Positions 1 to 12,874 of a DNA stretch of 64,000 nt are shown here, one piece after another (position 1 is the stretch's first letter; each line of letters starts with the position of its first letter). Source of the stretch: Eledone cirrhosa. Lineage: Eukaryota. The translations under genes were made by a program, and so were the position numbers. Below the pieces are notes generated by a model. That model worked only from the letters and a program-made list of their open reading frames with translations. It was not told where the DNA came from and ran no database searches. The stretch covers positions 246,326,001 through 246,390,000 of the forward strand of contig OZ024742.1 in assembly GCA_964016885.1 (NCBI GenBank). Reading direction: 5' to 3'.

Positions 1-79
1 AGACTTAATATATAGTGGTGTGGTATATGAATGTGTCTTGACATGTTAATGTAGGGATGATTTATAGATCCATATGAAA

Positions 80-182
80 TATATATATATACACACATAT
101 ATATGTGTATGTATATATATATATATACATATATGTGTATGTATATATGTGTACATATATGTGTACATATATGTGTATGTGT

Positions 183-217
<35 letters not shown>

Positions 218-243
218 TATATATGCATATATACATATATATA

Positions 244-284
<41 letters not shown>

Positions 285-317
285 ATATACATATATATAT
301 GTGTATGTATAAATATA

Positions 318-352
<35 letters not shown>

Positions 353-355
353 GTG

Positions 356-400
<45 letters not shown>

Positions 401-411
401 GTATATATGCA

Positions 412-444
<33 letters not shown>

Positions 445-447
445 GTG

Positions 448-505
<58 letters not shown>

Positions 506-533
506 CATCATCGGTTAACGGCTATCTTCCATA

Positions 534-605
<72 letters not shown>
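80..605. repeat. Imperfect (TA)n/(TATG)n microsatellite
   Basis: Direct reading; source of the spurious YI-rich ORFs. Confidence 0.97.
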
Positions 606-608
<3 letters not shown>

Positions 609-1074
609 TCTTTAACTTCACTTTTTAATTTGATATGTATATATATGTACTAGAGTGTTACCTGGCATATGACAGGTTAATTCCAGAAGTATACAGTTTG
701 TCACTGTAGGTAACAGGAGGTAAATACATAAAAGTGTATAAATAATCATCATCGTTATTTTGTTTTACAGACAGATGCCCTTCCTGTCAAGGAAAAAAAA
801 AACAGAGTCCATCCTGTAAGATGATCATGTAGGTGACACGAGGGACAAGTATCCAGTCCACTCTGTAGGGTGGTCATGCTGGTGAAACAAGAAAGAAAAT
901 ACTATCCTCTCTGTAAGGTGGTTGTGCTGGTGACACGAGAAAAAAGCTCCCAGTCCACCCTGCAAGGTGATCGTGTTGATGAAACAAGAAAAAAAGCACA
1001 CAGTCCACCCTGTAAGGTGGTCATGTTGGCAAAAACCAACCAGCAAGAGACGCACGTGTAGACCCCAAGCAAGA

Positions 1075-1230
1075 TGGTTGGATAACATCCATGAGCTTGG
1101 ATGGTCACACTTGGGGATCCAGCCGGATCAGTTATAGATGGTCGCTTCTGACAGGACCCGCTGGAAGGAGTGTTTGAGGACTCTGCCCCCATGACCCTCT
1201 CAGGAATAAGTGGATGAAGAAGAAGGAGGA
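1075..1230 (+). repeat. Dispersed ~150-bp repeat (second copy inverted at ~23818-23965)
   Basis: ggatccagccggatcag...gacaggacccgctggaagg...catgaccctctcaggaat matches the reverse complement of 23840-23960. Confidence 0.7.
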
Positions 1231-1569
1231 AGAGAGGGATTATAATAATAATGATGATGATGATGATGATGATGATTATAATTCACAACAACTGTATTAA
1301 ACTAAAATGATTCATTATATTGCTTACCCTCAAACACTACTAATATAGTATTAAATAAAGCAGTGAGTTGAAATAAAGGAAAGAAAAATATTTGAGAAAA
1401 GGAATATATACTTTCATATATGTTTATTCCATTCATCAACAAAGAAAGAATAAAAAGAAAATGTAATTTTGTACAATGTTATCAGCATTCACTGTTGTCC
1501 CAACAGATGACAATTACTTGTGTTTGTTTGTGTGTGCATATGTGTGTATTCATATGTGCAGGTGTGTGT

Positions 1570-2061
1570 GTAAAATGGTCATGTTGGTGTCAAAACAAAA
1601 AGCACCCAGCCCACACTGTAAGGCGGTCGTGTAGGTGTCATAGCAAAAAGCTTCCAGTCCACGCTGTAAGGCAGTCGTGTAGGTGTCATAGCAAAAAGCT
1701 TCCAGTCCACGCTGTAAGGCAGTCGTGTAGGTGTCATAGCAAAAAGTACCCAGTTAACACTGTAAAGTGGTCATGTATGGCAAAAAGCTCCCAGCCTACA
1801 CTGTAAAGTGGTCGTGTAGGTGTCATTCCAAAAAGAACCCAGTCCACACTGTAAAGTGGTCGTGTAGGCATCATGACAAAAAGCACCCAGTACTCACTGT
1901 AAATGAAGTTGGCGCTAGGAAGGGCATCCAGCTGTAGAAACCAAGCCAAAATCGGTTCTGTATGAGTATGACATTGTCACCTGGCCTAGCATTGCTCACA
2001 ACAGGATAACTATTCTAACCCATGTCAGTGTGGAAAAATGGATATTAAATGGTGATGATGT

Positions 2062-2099
<38 letters not shown>

Positions 2100-2100
2100 T
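1570..2100 (+). mobile_element. SINE-like element with internal ~40-bp tandem repeats and (GAT)n tail
   Basis: About 8 units of aaaaagc(a/t)cccagtccacactgtaa(a/g)gtggtcgtgtaggtgtca, then ggaagggcatccagctgtagaaacc and a (gat)n tail. Related copies at 17445-17730 (+), 16625-16765 (-) and 790-1045. Confidence 0.75.
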
Positions 2101-2348
2101 GAATGCTTAAGTGTGAGCACATGCTCACACTTTAGCATTCACTTGTCTCTTTATCTAACTATTTACCTGTCACTTTGATAAGTATATATACTCTTCCTTC
2201 AATCCATGTGTTAATTATGTGTTAATTATCTTTCTTTTATTCTCTCTTCCCCTTTCTCTATATGATACCAAGTGTGACATCTGACATGAGACCAACCAAC
2301 ACTTTGGGTGACGGTGTGTGTGTGTTGGGCCTTGATCAGTCCTTGATA

Positions 2349-3275
2349 ATAATTGTTTCTACTTTTGGCACAAGGCCAGCAATTACCCAGTACATTACTG
2401 GTACTTTATTTTTATCGACCCCGTAAGGATGAAAGGCAAAGTTAACCTCGGTGGGATTTGAACTCAGATCATAAAGGGACGTAACTCTATGCTTCAAAGC
2501 ATGGCGTCCGACCCTCTACCAATACTGCGTGGCTAGATTATCAGTACAACTGTAACTAACCTATACATTATTTTTGAAAAAGTGTTTGTAGTACCTATGT
2601 GAATCTTTAATTTTGGTAGAGACCAGAACGTTTTGGGGGAAGGGGTAAAGTTGATTTAATCAACCCCAGTACTTGTTGACTGGTTCTTCATTTTATCAAC
2701 CCCAGAAGGATGAAAGTAAAAGTTGACCATGGCAGAATTTTGGCTCAGAATATAAAAGGCTGTAACAAAATATTACAAAGCATTTCATCTGTCATTTTAC
2801 TGATTCTGGCATCCAGGTCCTTCTGGGTAAAAGTTAATTATGGTTTCTAATTTAGGCACAAGGCCAGCAATTTGTAAGGAGGGGAAAGTCATTTATATTG
2901 ACACCAGTACTTTACTGTTTTCGACCTCAGAAGGATGAAAGGCAAAGTTGACTTTAGCAGGATTTGAACTCAGAAAATAAAGGGCCATAACTTAATGTTG
3001 CAAAACCTTTTGTCTGACACTCTAATAAGTCTATCAATCTGCCACCCTGGTAAAAGAGTTTCTGATTTAGGCATAAGGCCAACAATTTTCGGGGAGGGGT
3101 AAGTCAATTAAATCGATCCAGTGTGTTATTGGTACTTTATTTTATCGACACTGTAAGGATGGAAGGCAAAATTAATCTTGGTGGGATTTGAACTCAGAAC
3201 ATAAAGAGACGTAACTATATGCAGCAAAGCATGTTGTCTGACTCTCTAATGATTCTACCAATCTGCCACCCTGGT
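2349..3275 (-). mobile_element. Cluster of four tRNA-derived CORE-type SINE copies
   Basis: Repeated ggcacaaggccagcaatt...ggtactttattttatcgacccc..aggatgaaaggcaaagtt...gatttgaactcag; the minus strand has an A/B-box-like head (gagttcaaatccc). Confidence 0.8.
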
Positions 3276-3380
3276 AAAAGTTAATAATAAAAACATTTGG
3301 ATGTGCTATATTTTGTTGAAGCTGGTCTTCATTATAAAATTACAAATCTCTCACCATTTTCTCTACAATTCTTTCAATAG

Positions 3381-3616
3381 GGCGGAGTATTGCAAGGCGT
3401 TAATCCAACTTATGCAAAGGATGTTGATGTAGCAGTGCCGAATGTTTGCAGTGAGACTTGGAGTGTGATTTACAACAGTGAACCAATTGTTACCACCCCA
3501 TCACTCAGTGAAATCAGCTTTAAGACAGCTTACAGTGGGATATCCACACGTAATGTCATAATGGAGGAGAAGAATATATACTGTGGGCCCTACAATGTTA
3601 TGATGTTGCAGAACAA
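3381..3616 (+). CDS. FBXW10: FBXW10/CDRT1-like F-box/WD40 protein, first exon visible in window (upstream exons not found in window)
   Basis: Acceptor ctttcaatag|GGC, donor AA|gtaagt. Encodes ...MEEKNIYCGPYNVMML, resembling the pre-WD40 segment of vertebrate FBXW10 as recalled. Phase 2 matches the next exon. Confidence 0.8.
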
Positions 3617-5415
3617 GTAAGTGAACATGTAATACTTTTCCACTTTTCAATGTTTTATATTTTTTAACCTGTGTTTATATGCGTGTATTGGGTGAGGTGG
3701 GGGTATTCGTTGAAACAATTCTGATTGTTGTTTAGCTCCAGGTGAACTCTGATTGAGAATGTCTATGATGAAAAGCATTCCAGATATGATCATCCAATCT
3801 TTTTTCCAGATTAGTAATATAGAGGACTACATTATCCAACCAGCCCTTCCTATATTAAGGCAAGAGAAATTTGGCTACTATTTCTAGCAGGTCAAGCAAC
3901 AGCATAGAGACTTTTATATTTGTTTTTAAAGTTGGATGGTGTCCCAACTGTACCACTTACAACTCAGCTATGGAGTAAAGTGTGGAGGAACCCTATTTTA
4001 TATCAGTCCACCCTTCTGGCCAGAATTCTCTGACCTTTTTCTGTTCAATCTGGACATAACTGGCCACTCATACTGATGTTAAGGTATTGTTCTAAAAATA
4101 AATAATAAATAAATAATAAATAATAATTTCATAGATTTGATATTATGTGAGATAATTATGAGATAAAGTGTTTACCATGAAAATACAATAGTAAATATAG
4201 AGTAATGTAAATGCTAATGAGTTAAGAGTGTTGAGGCATGTGGTTAGAAGTTAGAGAGTTGGATTCGCAATTGGGAGGTTGTGAGTTTGATTCCCTGGCC
4301 AGGCAATGTGTTATGTCCTTGAGCAAGACCCTTTATTTCACATTACTCCTTCTGCCAGGAGTTGCGACTGGTAGATAGTATTAACAATTGGAAAGACCGA
4401 TGGAAACATTGTTTCCTTGGCCTGATCTGATCTCACTTGGTCAGCGAGTGAAGTCTGAGTTCTTGTCAATTTGTTAAAAAGAATGCACCACACCCAGAGC
4501 TGGTCAATTATTGTAGTGATTGTAGTGTGTGGTACTCAGTATATAGGGCAAACTACTGAACTGCTGCATATACATCTCTATGGACATAGACAAATCTAGA
4601 AATCTGATAAGCTTTTATATATTCATGAGCATTTTAGACAGTATGATGTGGATTTGAAGTGTTGTAGAAAATGTATTATTGACTAGGTTGTGAGTGAAGG
4701 CTCATGAGCTAAGTGAGGATTGCTAAAGAAAGAAAACTTATGGATTAGGGCGATATGGAATGTATACTTGCTGGGGTTAAATGATAGGGTTACGGGCATG
4801 GTATGGTTTCAAAGGGGGGGGGGGGGGTCAGATAACAGTGTACACTTTCATATCACAGCCAGTTTTAAGCAGACAACATACCCATGGAAATAGGAAGAAA
4901 AAAACTTAGTGGGAGGTTGATGGATAAATTGGTAATTGACAGAAAAGATGGGGGTGAATCGAATTAATTATACATTTTAGGAGAATTTTATTGATGGTGT
5001 CTTTTATTTGGATCGTGTTCTATTTACAAGCTGAGGAGTTTGATCGATTTATGGAAGAGAAATTTAACTGAAGTTATTTTCTTGATGAACTGTTTTTAAA
5101 ATCACTTGATTAAGGAAGCCAGATATAAGGTAGAATACTATGCAGACGTATATATATATATATATATATGGGAGTACGTAAAAAAAAAAATGTCTGTCTG
5201 TTTGTCTCTCTATTTGTCTATCTAGTTCGTATGTCTATGTCTGTCTCTGTTAATCTATCTATTTAATCTTAATTGTCTGTCTGTCTACATTTGCTTCAAA
5301 TTGTCTGGACTAAATCCAAAGACCCAGTCTTCAACAAAGACCCAGTCTTTAACAAAGTGTCAGTATTTAATTCTTACTGGCTTTTATTTATCCAACTCTT
5401 CCCTTGTAATTTCAG

Positions 5416-5619
5416 GGTAAATAATAATCGAGTTATCCATACAGATGGAGGCGAACTGATTGCAATCAGTACTGATGATCGCAAAATCCATTTCATCGAC
5501 TCAACCACTGGCAAAGATATTGGCCCAACCATCAAAGGTCATGCTGGTTCAATCTATTGTCTACATCTTTGTGAAAAGAAGAGGATTATTCTCAGTGGTA
5601 GTTATGATACTAGCATCCG
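5416..5619 (+). CDS. FBXW10: FBXW10-like exon (WD40)
   Basis: tttcag|G...CG|gtgaga; NRVIHTDGGELIAISTDDRKIHF...KGHAGSIYCLHLCEKKRIILSGSYDTSIR, with GH and SGSxDxxIR WD40 signatures. Confidence 0.9.
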
Positions 5620-5749
5620 GTGAGACACATCTTTTTTTTATAAAATATTTTATATTAGATTGAGTAATGAATAGAATCATGATTGTCATTGTTTTTACAT
5701 CAACTTTTCCAGGAAACTAGGTGTAGAAGAATGGCAAACCACATACAGA

Positions 5750-7230
5750 GGAGCCGTTAGTAAAGTGAGAGTAGTAAATGTGTTTAGTGAGGAATTCAAA
5801 GTACAAGGAGGAAGGCCTTAGGGCTTGGTCCTCAACCCACTTCTATTTATTGAGTCCTCCAGGCCATGAAAGAGGAATTTAAGACTGTTTGTCCATGGGA
5901 ATTTCTGTATGCTGATAATCTGGTCATCATAGTTAAATCTGTGGAAGAACTAGAGAAGAAATTCCAGATTTAGAAACAAAAGCAAATTGGCTGAGAGTAA
6001 ACTTGGCAAAAACCAAAGTTTTAGTAAATAGGAAATAAAGCAGGACTCTCATCTCACCAGGCTTTGCTTGATATCTAGAAAAGGAGTGGGCATAAATTCT
6101 ATATGATTTACACAATGTGCAAACCTTGAGTACACAAGAGGTGTAGTAGGATATCAGGAATACTATGACAACCACTATATGTACATATGTATAGTCTGAT
6201 GATCCCTAAATATATATACATATATATATAAACTGGGGTTTCCTATGGGACAACCTGCTGGAAGCCACAAACCAAGCCTGCAAGATGGAGCAAGGCCCCT
6301 ATAAGACAAAGGGTGACTTGGTGGTGGAATGATAAGGTAGATAGAGCCATAAAAACAAAAAAGACAAACCTGGAGAGACTGGAGGAGAGGGTGAGACAGG
6401 GAAAAATACCAAATAGCTAGAAGAGAGGCCAGACACCAGGTATTCCTGGCAAAGGCTGAGGCAGAAAAGAAGAAATTTGATCATGTTCTACGCACAAAGA
6501 TCAGAGGAGTGAAGTGTTTCAGATTGCAAGACAGTGTACTAGAGAAAGTCTTGATGTGGTTGGGGAAAGTGCATTTGATATGATAGTAGAGCATTTACCC
6601 TGTCAGTTGTTGAAAAGAAGGAAGCTTGGAAGATTTACAATGAGAGACTGCTGAACGAAGGGAATAAATGGGGCAGCAAAGGCCTACCCCATGTAGATCC
6701 AACTGATGGGTGCACTGAAAGTGTGATAGCCAAGATCAGAAGAGGCTGGAAGAAGTTTAGAGATCTGATAGCTCTGCTGACAACAAAGAGCGTATCACTA
6801 GGAGTGAAGGGTAGACTGTATGATGCCTGCATGTGAACTGCAATGCTACATGGCATGGAAATATGGGCCTTAACTACAGAAGACATGTGAAGGCTGGAAA
6901 GAAATCAAACGAGTTATCTCCAATGGATGTGTTTATGTTAGTGTGCATGGACAACGTAGCATAAGTGAACTGAGGAAAACTTGGCATAAGAGGAATTAGT
7001 TGTAGTGTGCAGGAGAGAAGATTGTGCTGACATGGACATGTGATTCGTATGGAGGATAGCTGCTGCATAGAGAAATGCAGAGCTATTCCAGTGGCTGGAA
7101 CCCAAGGAAAAGGCAGACCCAGGTAGACATGGGATGAAGTAGTGAAGAACAGCCTTAAGAAACTACATCTCAAAACTGAGATTACAAAGGATCGAGAAAG
7201 AGTACTGGCACTATGCTGTGATGATGACCC
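5750..7230 (+). mobile_element. Degenerate RTE-clade LINE fragments in intron
   Basis: Broken frames with VKVRV..SEEFKVQ, CPWEFLYADNLV, KGRLYDAC, GHVIRMED, GKGRPR. Confidence 0.7.
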
Positions 7231-7548
7231 GGCTAGAAGCACACAATATCACCCGACTCTTCTTTTCCACTAACATTCCTCACTACTACTGCATCCATCA
7301 CCTGTGCCCCTTGCAGAACCACTCCGTAAATACTACCCGCTTCTAAAGACCTTAGCTATCCTCACCATTGTTCTCTCAATCCCTTCTTCACCCCACCCCC
7401 CACTAACATTACTTACCCCTTTACTACCCACTTTCCTACTTTTCCACCATGACCCCACCTCCGTTTTGAAACTATATATGTAGATTACACAGGTTCCACA
7501 CACATAAACTCACATAGACATTGTTGTTTTCAACTTTTTATTCTACAG

Positions 7549-7670
7549 GTGCTGGTCAATAGACAATGGTAAATGTCTAAAGATATATCATGGTCATCGA
7601 GGCACTGTTTTATGTCTACGTGTCTTCAAAGATGCTGTAGTATCTGGGTCAAAAGATAACTCATGTAGAG
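7549..7670 (+). CDS. FBXW10: FBXW10-like exon (WD40), not in ORF track
   Basis: ttctacag|G...G|gtgaga; CWSIDNGKCLKIYHGHRGTVLCLRVFKDAVVSGSKDNSCR, in frame with neighbouring exons. Confidence 0.9.
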
Positions 7671-8222
7671 GTGAGAGACATTCTTTAATTTTCTCCAAAA
7701 TTTAACCTATAGTTAACTAATTAGTATTTATTTCTCTTAGATTTTTGGTCCTTTCTGTACTGCACATAGATTTGTCCTTAGATAATTCCAATACTATATT
7801 GTTTTTTTTCTTTGAAAAGAGGTTGTTAGCCACTTATTCCATTTCTGCAGTATTTACACTGGCTTTTACATTCTGAGTTCAAATACTGTCATGACCAACT
7901 TTAACTTTCAGCCTTTCATCTGTTTCTGAAAGCACCAAAGATGAAGTACACGCTCTTGAATCCATCTACCAATGAACATCTGCACCTGGTTATAACATAG
8001 TTGTGAGGATTGCTCAATTATGGAGTGTGCTTCACTCTTTGCCACAAGGACACAAAAACAACAGTGTTTCTGGCTTGTATAGAAATGATCCTTGTATACA
8101 TTTCAGAGTTGTGAACATTCAATGCTGTTTGCTGCAATACACGCAATGGTATATTCACCAAAATGCTACGCTCGGCATACAACATCTCCTTGAGAGATTA
8201 TTTTCACTTATTCATTTAGCAG

Positions 8223-8510
8223 GTGGAGGCACTTAGCCTAGTGGTAAGGGGCTTGGACACTTACGATTATAATGTCATGGGTTCGATTCCTGGATTGGGT
8301 TGTGTTGTGTTCTTTTGCAAAACTCTTCATTTCATGTTGCTCCAGTATACTCTACTGAAAATGAGTACCAGTAATAGCTGGAGGTTTAACCATGTGATAG
8401 ACTGGTATCTTGTCCAATGGGAAGTCTTGTACACTCAGTCACTTCAGACCATGGAAACCAAGATAAACACTAGCTGGATGAGCCTCTGGGCCTGAGACAC
8501 TTTAGACTTT
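8223..8510 (+). mobile_element. tRNA-derived SINE with V-domain-like centre (copy on - at 11440-11690)
   Basis: A/B boxes (tagcctagtggt, ggttcgattcct); the second copy has cctgcaatggactggcatcctatccag and a (tttagac) tail. Confidence 0.65.
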
Positions 8511-8668
8511 TTATTCACTTAGTATGACAAATATTGAAGATAAACACCAGTTCTGTGAACTATGGGGGAAGCGAAGTTTGTATAACCCTTTCTATTTTCT
8601 AAGCTCTATAGACCAATTCTAGAACATTCCATTTCATGTCAACATATTTTTTAAATTCTCTTGTTAAG

Positions 8669-8817
8669 TGTGGGACCTAGAAAGTGGCAAATGTCTGAAG
8701 ATAATGCGTCATACAAAATCAGTGAGGTCAGTAGCGATATCTGGAGAACTTGTTGTCAGTGGATGTGATGGTGGGGAAGTGAAGGTTTGGCACCAAGCCA
8801 CAGGAAATTTGATTAAG
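8669..8817 (+). CDS. FBXW10: FBXW10-like exon (WD40)
   Basis: ttgttaag|TG...AAG|gtaacc; VWDLESGKCLKIMRHTKSVRSVAISGELVVSGCDGGEVKVWH. Confidence 0.9.
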
Positions 8818-10644
8818 GTAACCTTTAACTTTTTTTTACTTGCTTCTTGTTTGGCATTGAGTAGTGTCACCTGGTAGGTTATTTTCAATGTCATTTAATT
8901 GACTGATTTCATTCTTAACCCACTACTATTTCTATATTTCCACTTCACTCTTTATATTCTTATGTTTTCCATGTTTTTAAATTTCTTCACCTCCTGTATT
9001 ATTTTTTTGATTCATTTTTTTTCTTATTCCAGCTATCTCATTGCAAAACACACACACATAAACATACAAGCACACACACACACACATGCACTCTCTCTTA
9101 TTATACCTCTAAGACGTTGATATGTCAGCAGATAGACTATATCCTGAAATATTTTGAGCACTAAACGATGTGATAGACACTCCTATTTCTATTGCGATAT
9201 GTGTCTCAGTGTGGTGCTTAATTTAATCTGCTTCACTTGTCTGTTGAGTAACCTTAGTCAAGTAGTGGAGAATTTCCAATATAGTCTTTGGACTTGCTTA
9301 ATGTACCATTGAAATTTATCACCATTACACTCACTGCCCTTTTCAAAATTGGGATTATCCAACCCACTAACCTAATTTTAATATGCTTGTGGGTGGCTGT
9401 AGGTATTATTTAAAAATTTGAATTGTAATCACGAGATCCTCAGTTTGGTCCTACTACATGGACCTTGTGTGGGGAAGATGGCGTGGGGGGAACAACCTAA
9501 ACCTTGTGAGTAAAATTCAGCTGGTGGAAAAAATTGTGCAAAACCTATCATATTGATTATACTTGTAAGTCAAAGGATCAGCTTTGTCAAATATTGGTTG
9601 TGCTGGTTTGGCATGAACATTATGTTAATAGTACACATGTCTTTGGAATACTTAAGTTAAGGAGTAGGTAGTGTAGTTGATTGAACGCTTACCATTGAAT
9701 TTGACAGAGAATTCACCATACACTTGTGTAGCAGTAAAACTTCTATCAACAAAGTCCTTACTATTTTTTATAGTACTACTATGCAAGTGACTACTTGTGT
9801 AAGTGATGTAGTTTCTATATAATTCTTTGACATGTAGAAGCAAAACCTTTCCCAATAAAGTCCCTGTAGTTTATTAAATGGAAAATACACAATCTTGTAT
9901 AAAGTGGAATCTCTATCTAGTCAATTGATTTGCTCCTTGTAGTAGTGAAACTGCCCTCAATGAAGTTCTATGTTTAATAGGTAACCACATGAGCAAGTGT
10001 GTAGGTATTCCTTTGTAGCAACAAATTTTTCACTCACAAAACCAATACTGTTTTTAAAATAACCACAGGAGCTTCTATATATTTGTTTACCTGCTCTATG
10101 TATCTGCAAAAGCTCTAAATATAGTACCTGCTATTCTTAAAATGAGAAATACTTAAAGGTTCTGGGAGAGCTTCTGTGTAATCCCTTCATTTGTTCAATG
10201 TAACATAAATTTCCTTCAACTGAATTCCTACTGTCTTTAAAATGAGAACTACTGAAACTAACAAGGAAACTTTTATATTGATACTCAATATTATAACTAC
10301 ACAATATCACAGCTAAATTTCCATTTGCAAACTACCAATCATCTTTAAAATTGCAATCAGGAGCCAGTGTACAAGCTTCCATGTAGCCTCATATTCTACT
10401 GAACATTGTAGCCAAATCTTCCTCAGAAAAGTCTAAAAAGTCTAAAGTCTATCTCAAGCCTGGAAGCTCATCAGGCTGTAGCTTATCCCAGTTCCATGGC
10501 ATTAAGTACCTTTTTGTTTTATTCTTTGGTGTAAGTTTTTTCATTGGTTGAGACTTTTTATCAGTTCAAGTTTTCTTCTTGTTTCAAGGTTTTGCCTGCC
10601 ACATGTTTTATCACTTTCTCTTTAAATCTGTTTCTCTACCACAG

Positions 10645-10787
10645 AGATTAAAAGGTCATTCAAGTTCGATAATGTGTCTTAAATTTGACCGATGGCATAT
10701 TGTAAGTGGTAGCAAAGATGGATATGTCATGGCGTGGAGCTCCCAAGGTGATCACAGCCAGTGTCTCGCTGTTTACAAACATCCAAA
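10645..10787 (+). CDS. FBXW10: FBXW10-like exon (WD40)
   Basis: ccacag|AGA...AA|gtaaga; RLKGHSSSIMCLKFDRWHIVSGSKDGYVMAWS...CLAVYKHPK. Confidence 0.9.
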
Positions 10788-11049
10788 GTAAGATTCAGAT
10801 TTAACTTTTTGCATGTTTGTGTGTGGGGGTGAGAGGGAGATTGAAAGGAAAGATATAAACTCATGCGCATACACAAATTCATACATACATAGATAGACAG
10901 ACAGACAGATATGCAGACATACGTATGTATGTTCATACATACATACATATACATATATGTATGTACATATGTTCATACATGTATATATTAGAGATGTTCT
11001 AATTGAGGTTTATGACAGAAAGGAGGAGGAAACAAGAGACATGAAACAT

Positions 11050-12660
11050 AGATGACAACTGGAAGTTTCTGTGCCTGGGACAAAGTTCTTGTAAGGTGGA
11101 AGGTGATATGTAGGTCAAATAAGGTTCTAGATAGTGCTGGAATAAGGTTCTAGATAGAGCTGGAAGAGGGTTCTAGATAGTGTTGGTATGCAGCTCTAGA
11201 TTGTGCTATAAAGGCTAAGAGATGGGTTTGGAAGCCTAGGGGCAGTGAAGAACACTATCAATTAATTAGAAGATAAGCTAGATGTCAGATATAGCTAGCA
11301 AAGAGAAGGGAGAAGCAGAAAAAAGAGATTTGTACATGTTCTGTGATAGGAGGATGAAAGGTGTAAAGCAGCATACTAGAGAGAACCAATACACGAGAGA
11401 AGTGTGTATGGAGTGATAACAGTACATTTATGCTCTAAAGTCTAAAAAGTCTAAAGGCTGTCTTGAGTCCAGAGGCTCATCAGGCCGCTGCTTATTCCGG
11501 TTTTTGTGGCATGAAGTGACTGAGAGTACAGGACTCCCCTCTGGATAGGATGCCAGTCCATTGCAGGGTTAAACCTCCAACTATTGATGGTACTCATTTT
11601 CAGTTGAGTATACTCAAGAACACAACACACAAACCACGGTATTATGATTGTAAGTCCAACACCCTTACCACTTGGCCACACACCTCCACATTTACTGATG
11701 CCAAAAAGAAACTGGTATGGTAGTGCTATTATGACTGGAATGTAGAGAATACATAGGAAAGAGAGAAAATCTAGTGCAGGTAGATTTAGAAATTGTGTTA
11801 CCTATAGATGCACAAGAGATGTAGTAGCATTACAGGTAAGCTAACAGAAGAGGTACACTTTCTATGTAGTAGATGCTCAGGAGTAGTGACTTACTTTTGT
11901 CAAATTTTTGAAAGGCACACTAGCAGTAGTGACTTGTTTTGTCACCTCAATGATCTCATCAGTAGTAGAAGTAGAGAAACCCAAATCACAGTATCCAGAA
12001 TAAGGATGGGGTAGAAAACATTGAGGGAGCTATTACCTCCACTGGCAACAAAAGGCTTTTCCCTCAGAGTGAAGAGCAGACTGGATGATGCTTTGCATAT
12101 AAACTTTGATGATACACAGTAGTCAGACTTGGGCCTTGAATGCAGAAGATCTGCAGCAGCTGGAAAGAAGTTTGGTGAGTATGTTCTGATGGATGTGTAA
12201 TGTTAGTATTCCCAGGAAAATGGGAAAACTTGGTTTATGGAAGCTGTTAGATCAGCAAAATACCGTCGAAGTGGCATTGGGTAAAATATTACCTCGAAGG
12301 ACAGAGATCAGCGGGTCGATGTGAGTTCACTCAAAGGAAGGAAGAGAAGATAGGAAGGAGAAAATAGGAAGGAGAAAATAGAATGGATGAAAGCGAACAA
12401 GTCACAAACATTAAAATATGCTCTTCAGATCTCAACTCCTGCAGTTTCGCCGAATTAATGTTAGTGTTTATAAATCATGGAATACAGATGAGCAGCAAGA
12501 GAAAATATATATAAGAGGAATTAGATGTATGATACATGAAAGAAAGCTGCAATGATCAGCACATGTGATGTATATAGGTGTGAGTTGTTTGAAGTAGTTT
12601 CAAGCCCATGAAGCTGGTGGAACCCATGGAAGTGGAAGACCTAGGATAAAGAAATGTTAT
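11050..12660 (+). mobile_element. Degenerate RTE-clade LINE fragments
   Basis: Homologous to 5750-7230 and 59940-60960 (HKRCSSITGKL.., SQTWALNAEDL..LE, GSGRPR). Confidence 0.6.
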
Positions 12661-12715
12661 TTTCTGACTTCTTTTTTTCTAAAAGACCTCTAGATATCTT
12701 TTATCTTTATTTCAG

Positions 12716-12874
12716 AGAAGTGTGGTGTATTGAACTGCTATATTTGAGAATCATTACTGGATCTAGTGATGGAAGGATCCGAATATGGAATTTATTAACA
12801 GGCATGTGTTGTCGAATTATGAGAGGCAACAGCCAAAGTGATCCAATCCTTCATTTAATCCCTATTGCAAATAG
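12716..12874 (+). CDS. FBXW10: FBXW10-like exon (last WD40 repeats)
   Basis: atttcag|A...AG|gtaaga; EVWCIELLYLRIITGSSDGRIRIWNLLTGMCCRIMRGNSQSDPI. Confidence 0.9.

Noticed and set aside
46-607. YI-, HT-, CV- and SL-rich ORFs here and throughout 38000-62900
   Set aside because: Translations of (TA)n, (CA)n and (GA)n microsatellites; not genes.
1570-1900. Regular ~40-bp repeats as a CRISPR-like array
   Set aside because: Head-to-tail units without unique spacers, part of a SINE, eukaryotic context, no cas genes.
11465-11510. CTGATGA on - in the V-domain SINE tail (also ~10470) as a hammerhead
   Set aside because: No GAAA/UH in the correct order with helix I; ordinary SINE 3' sequence.
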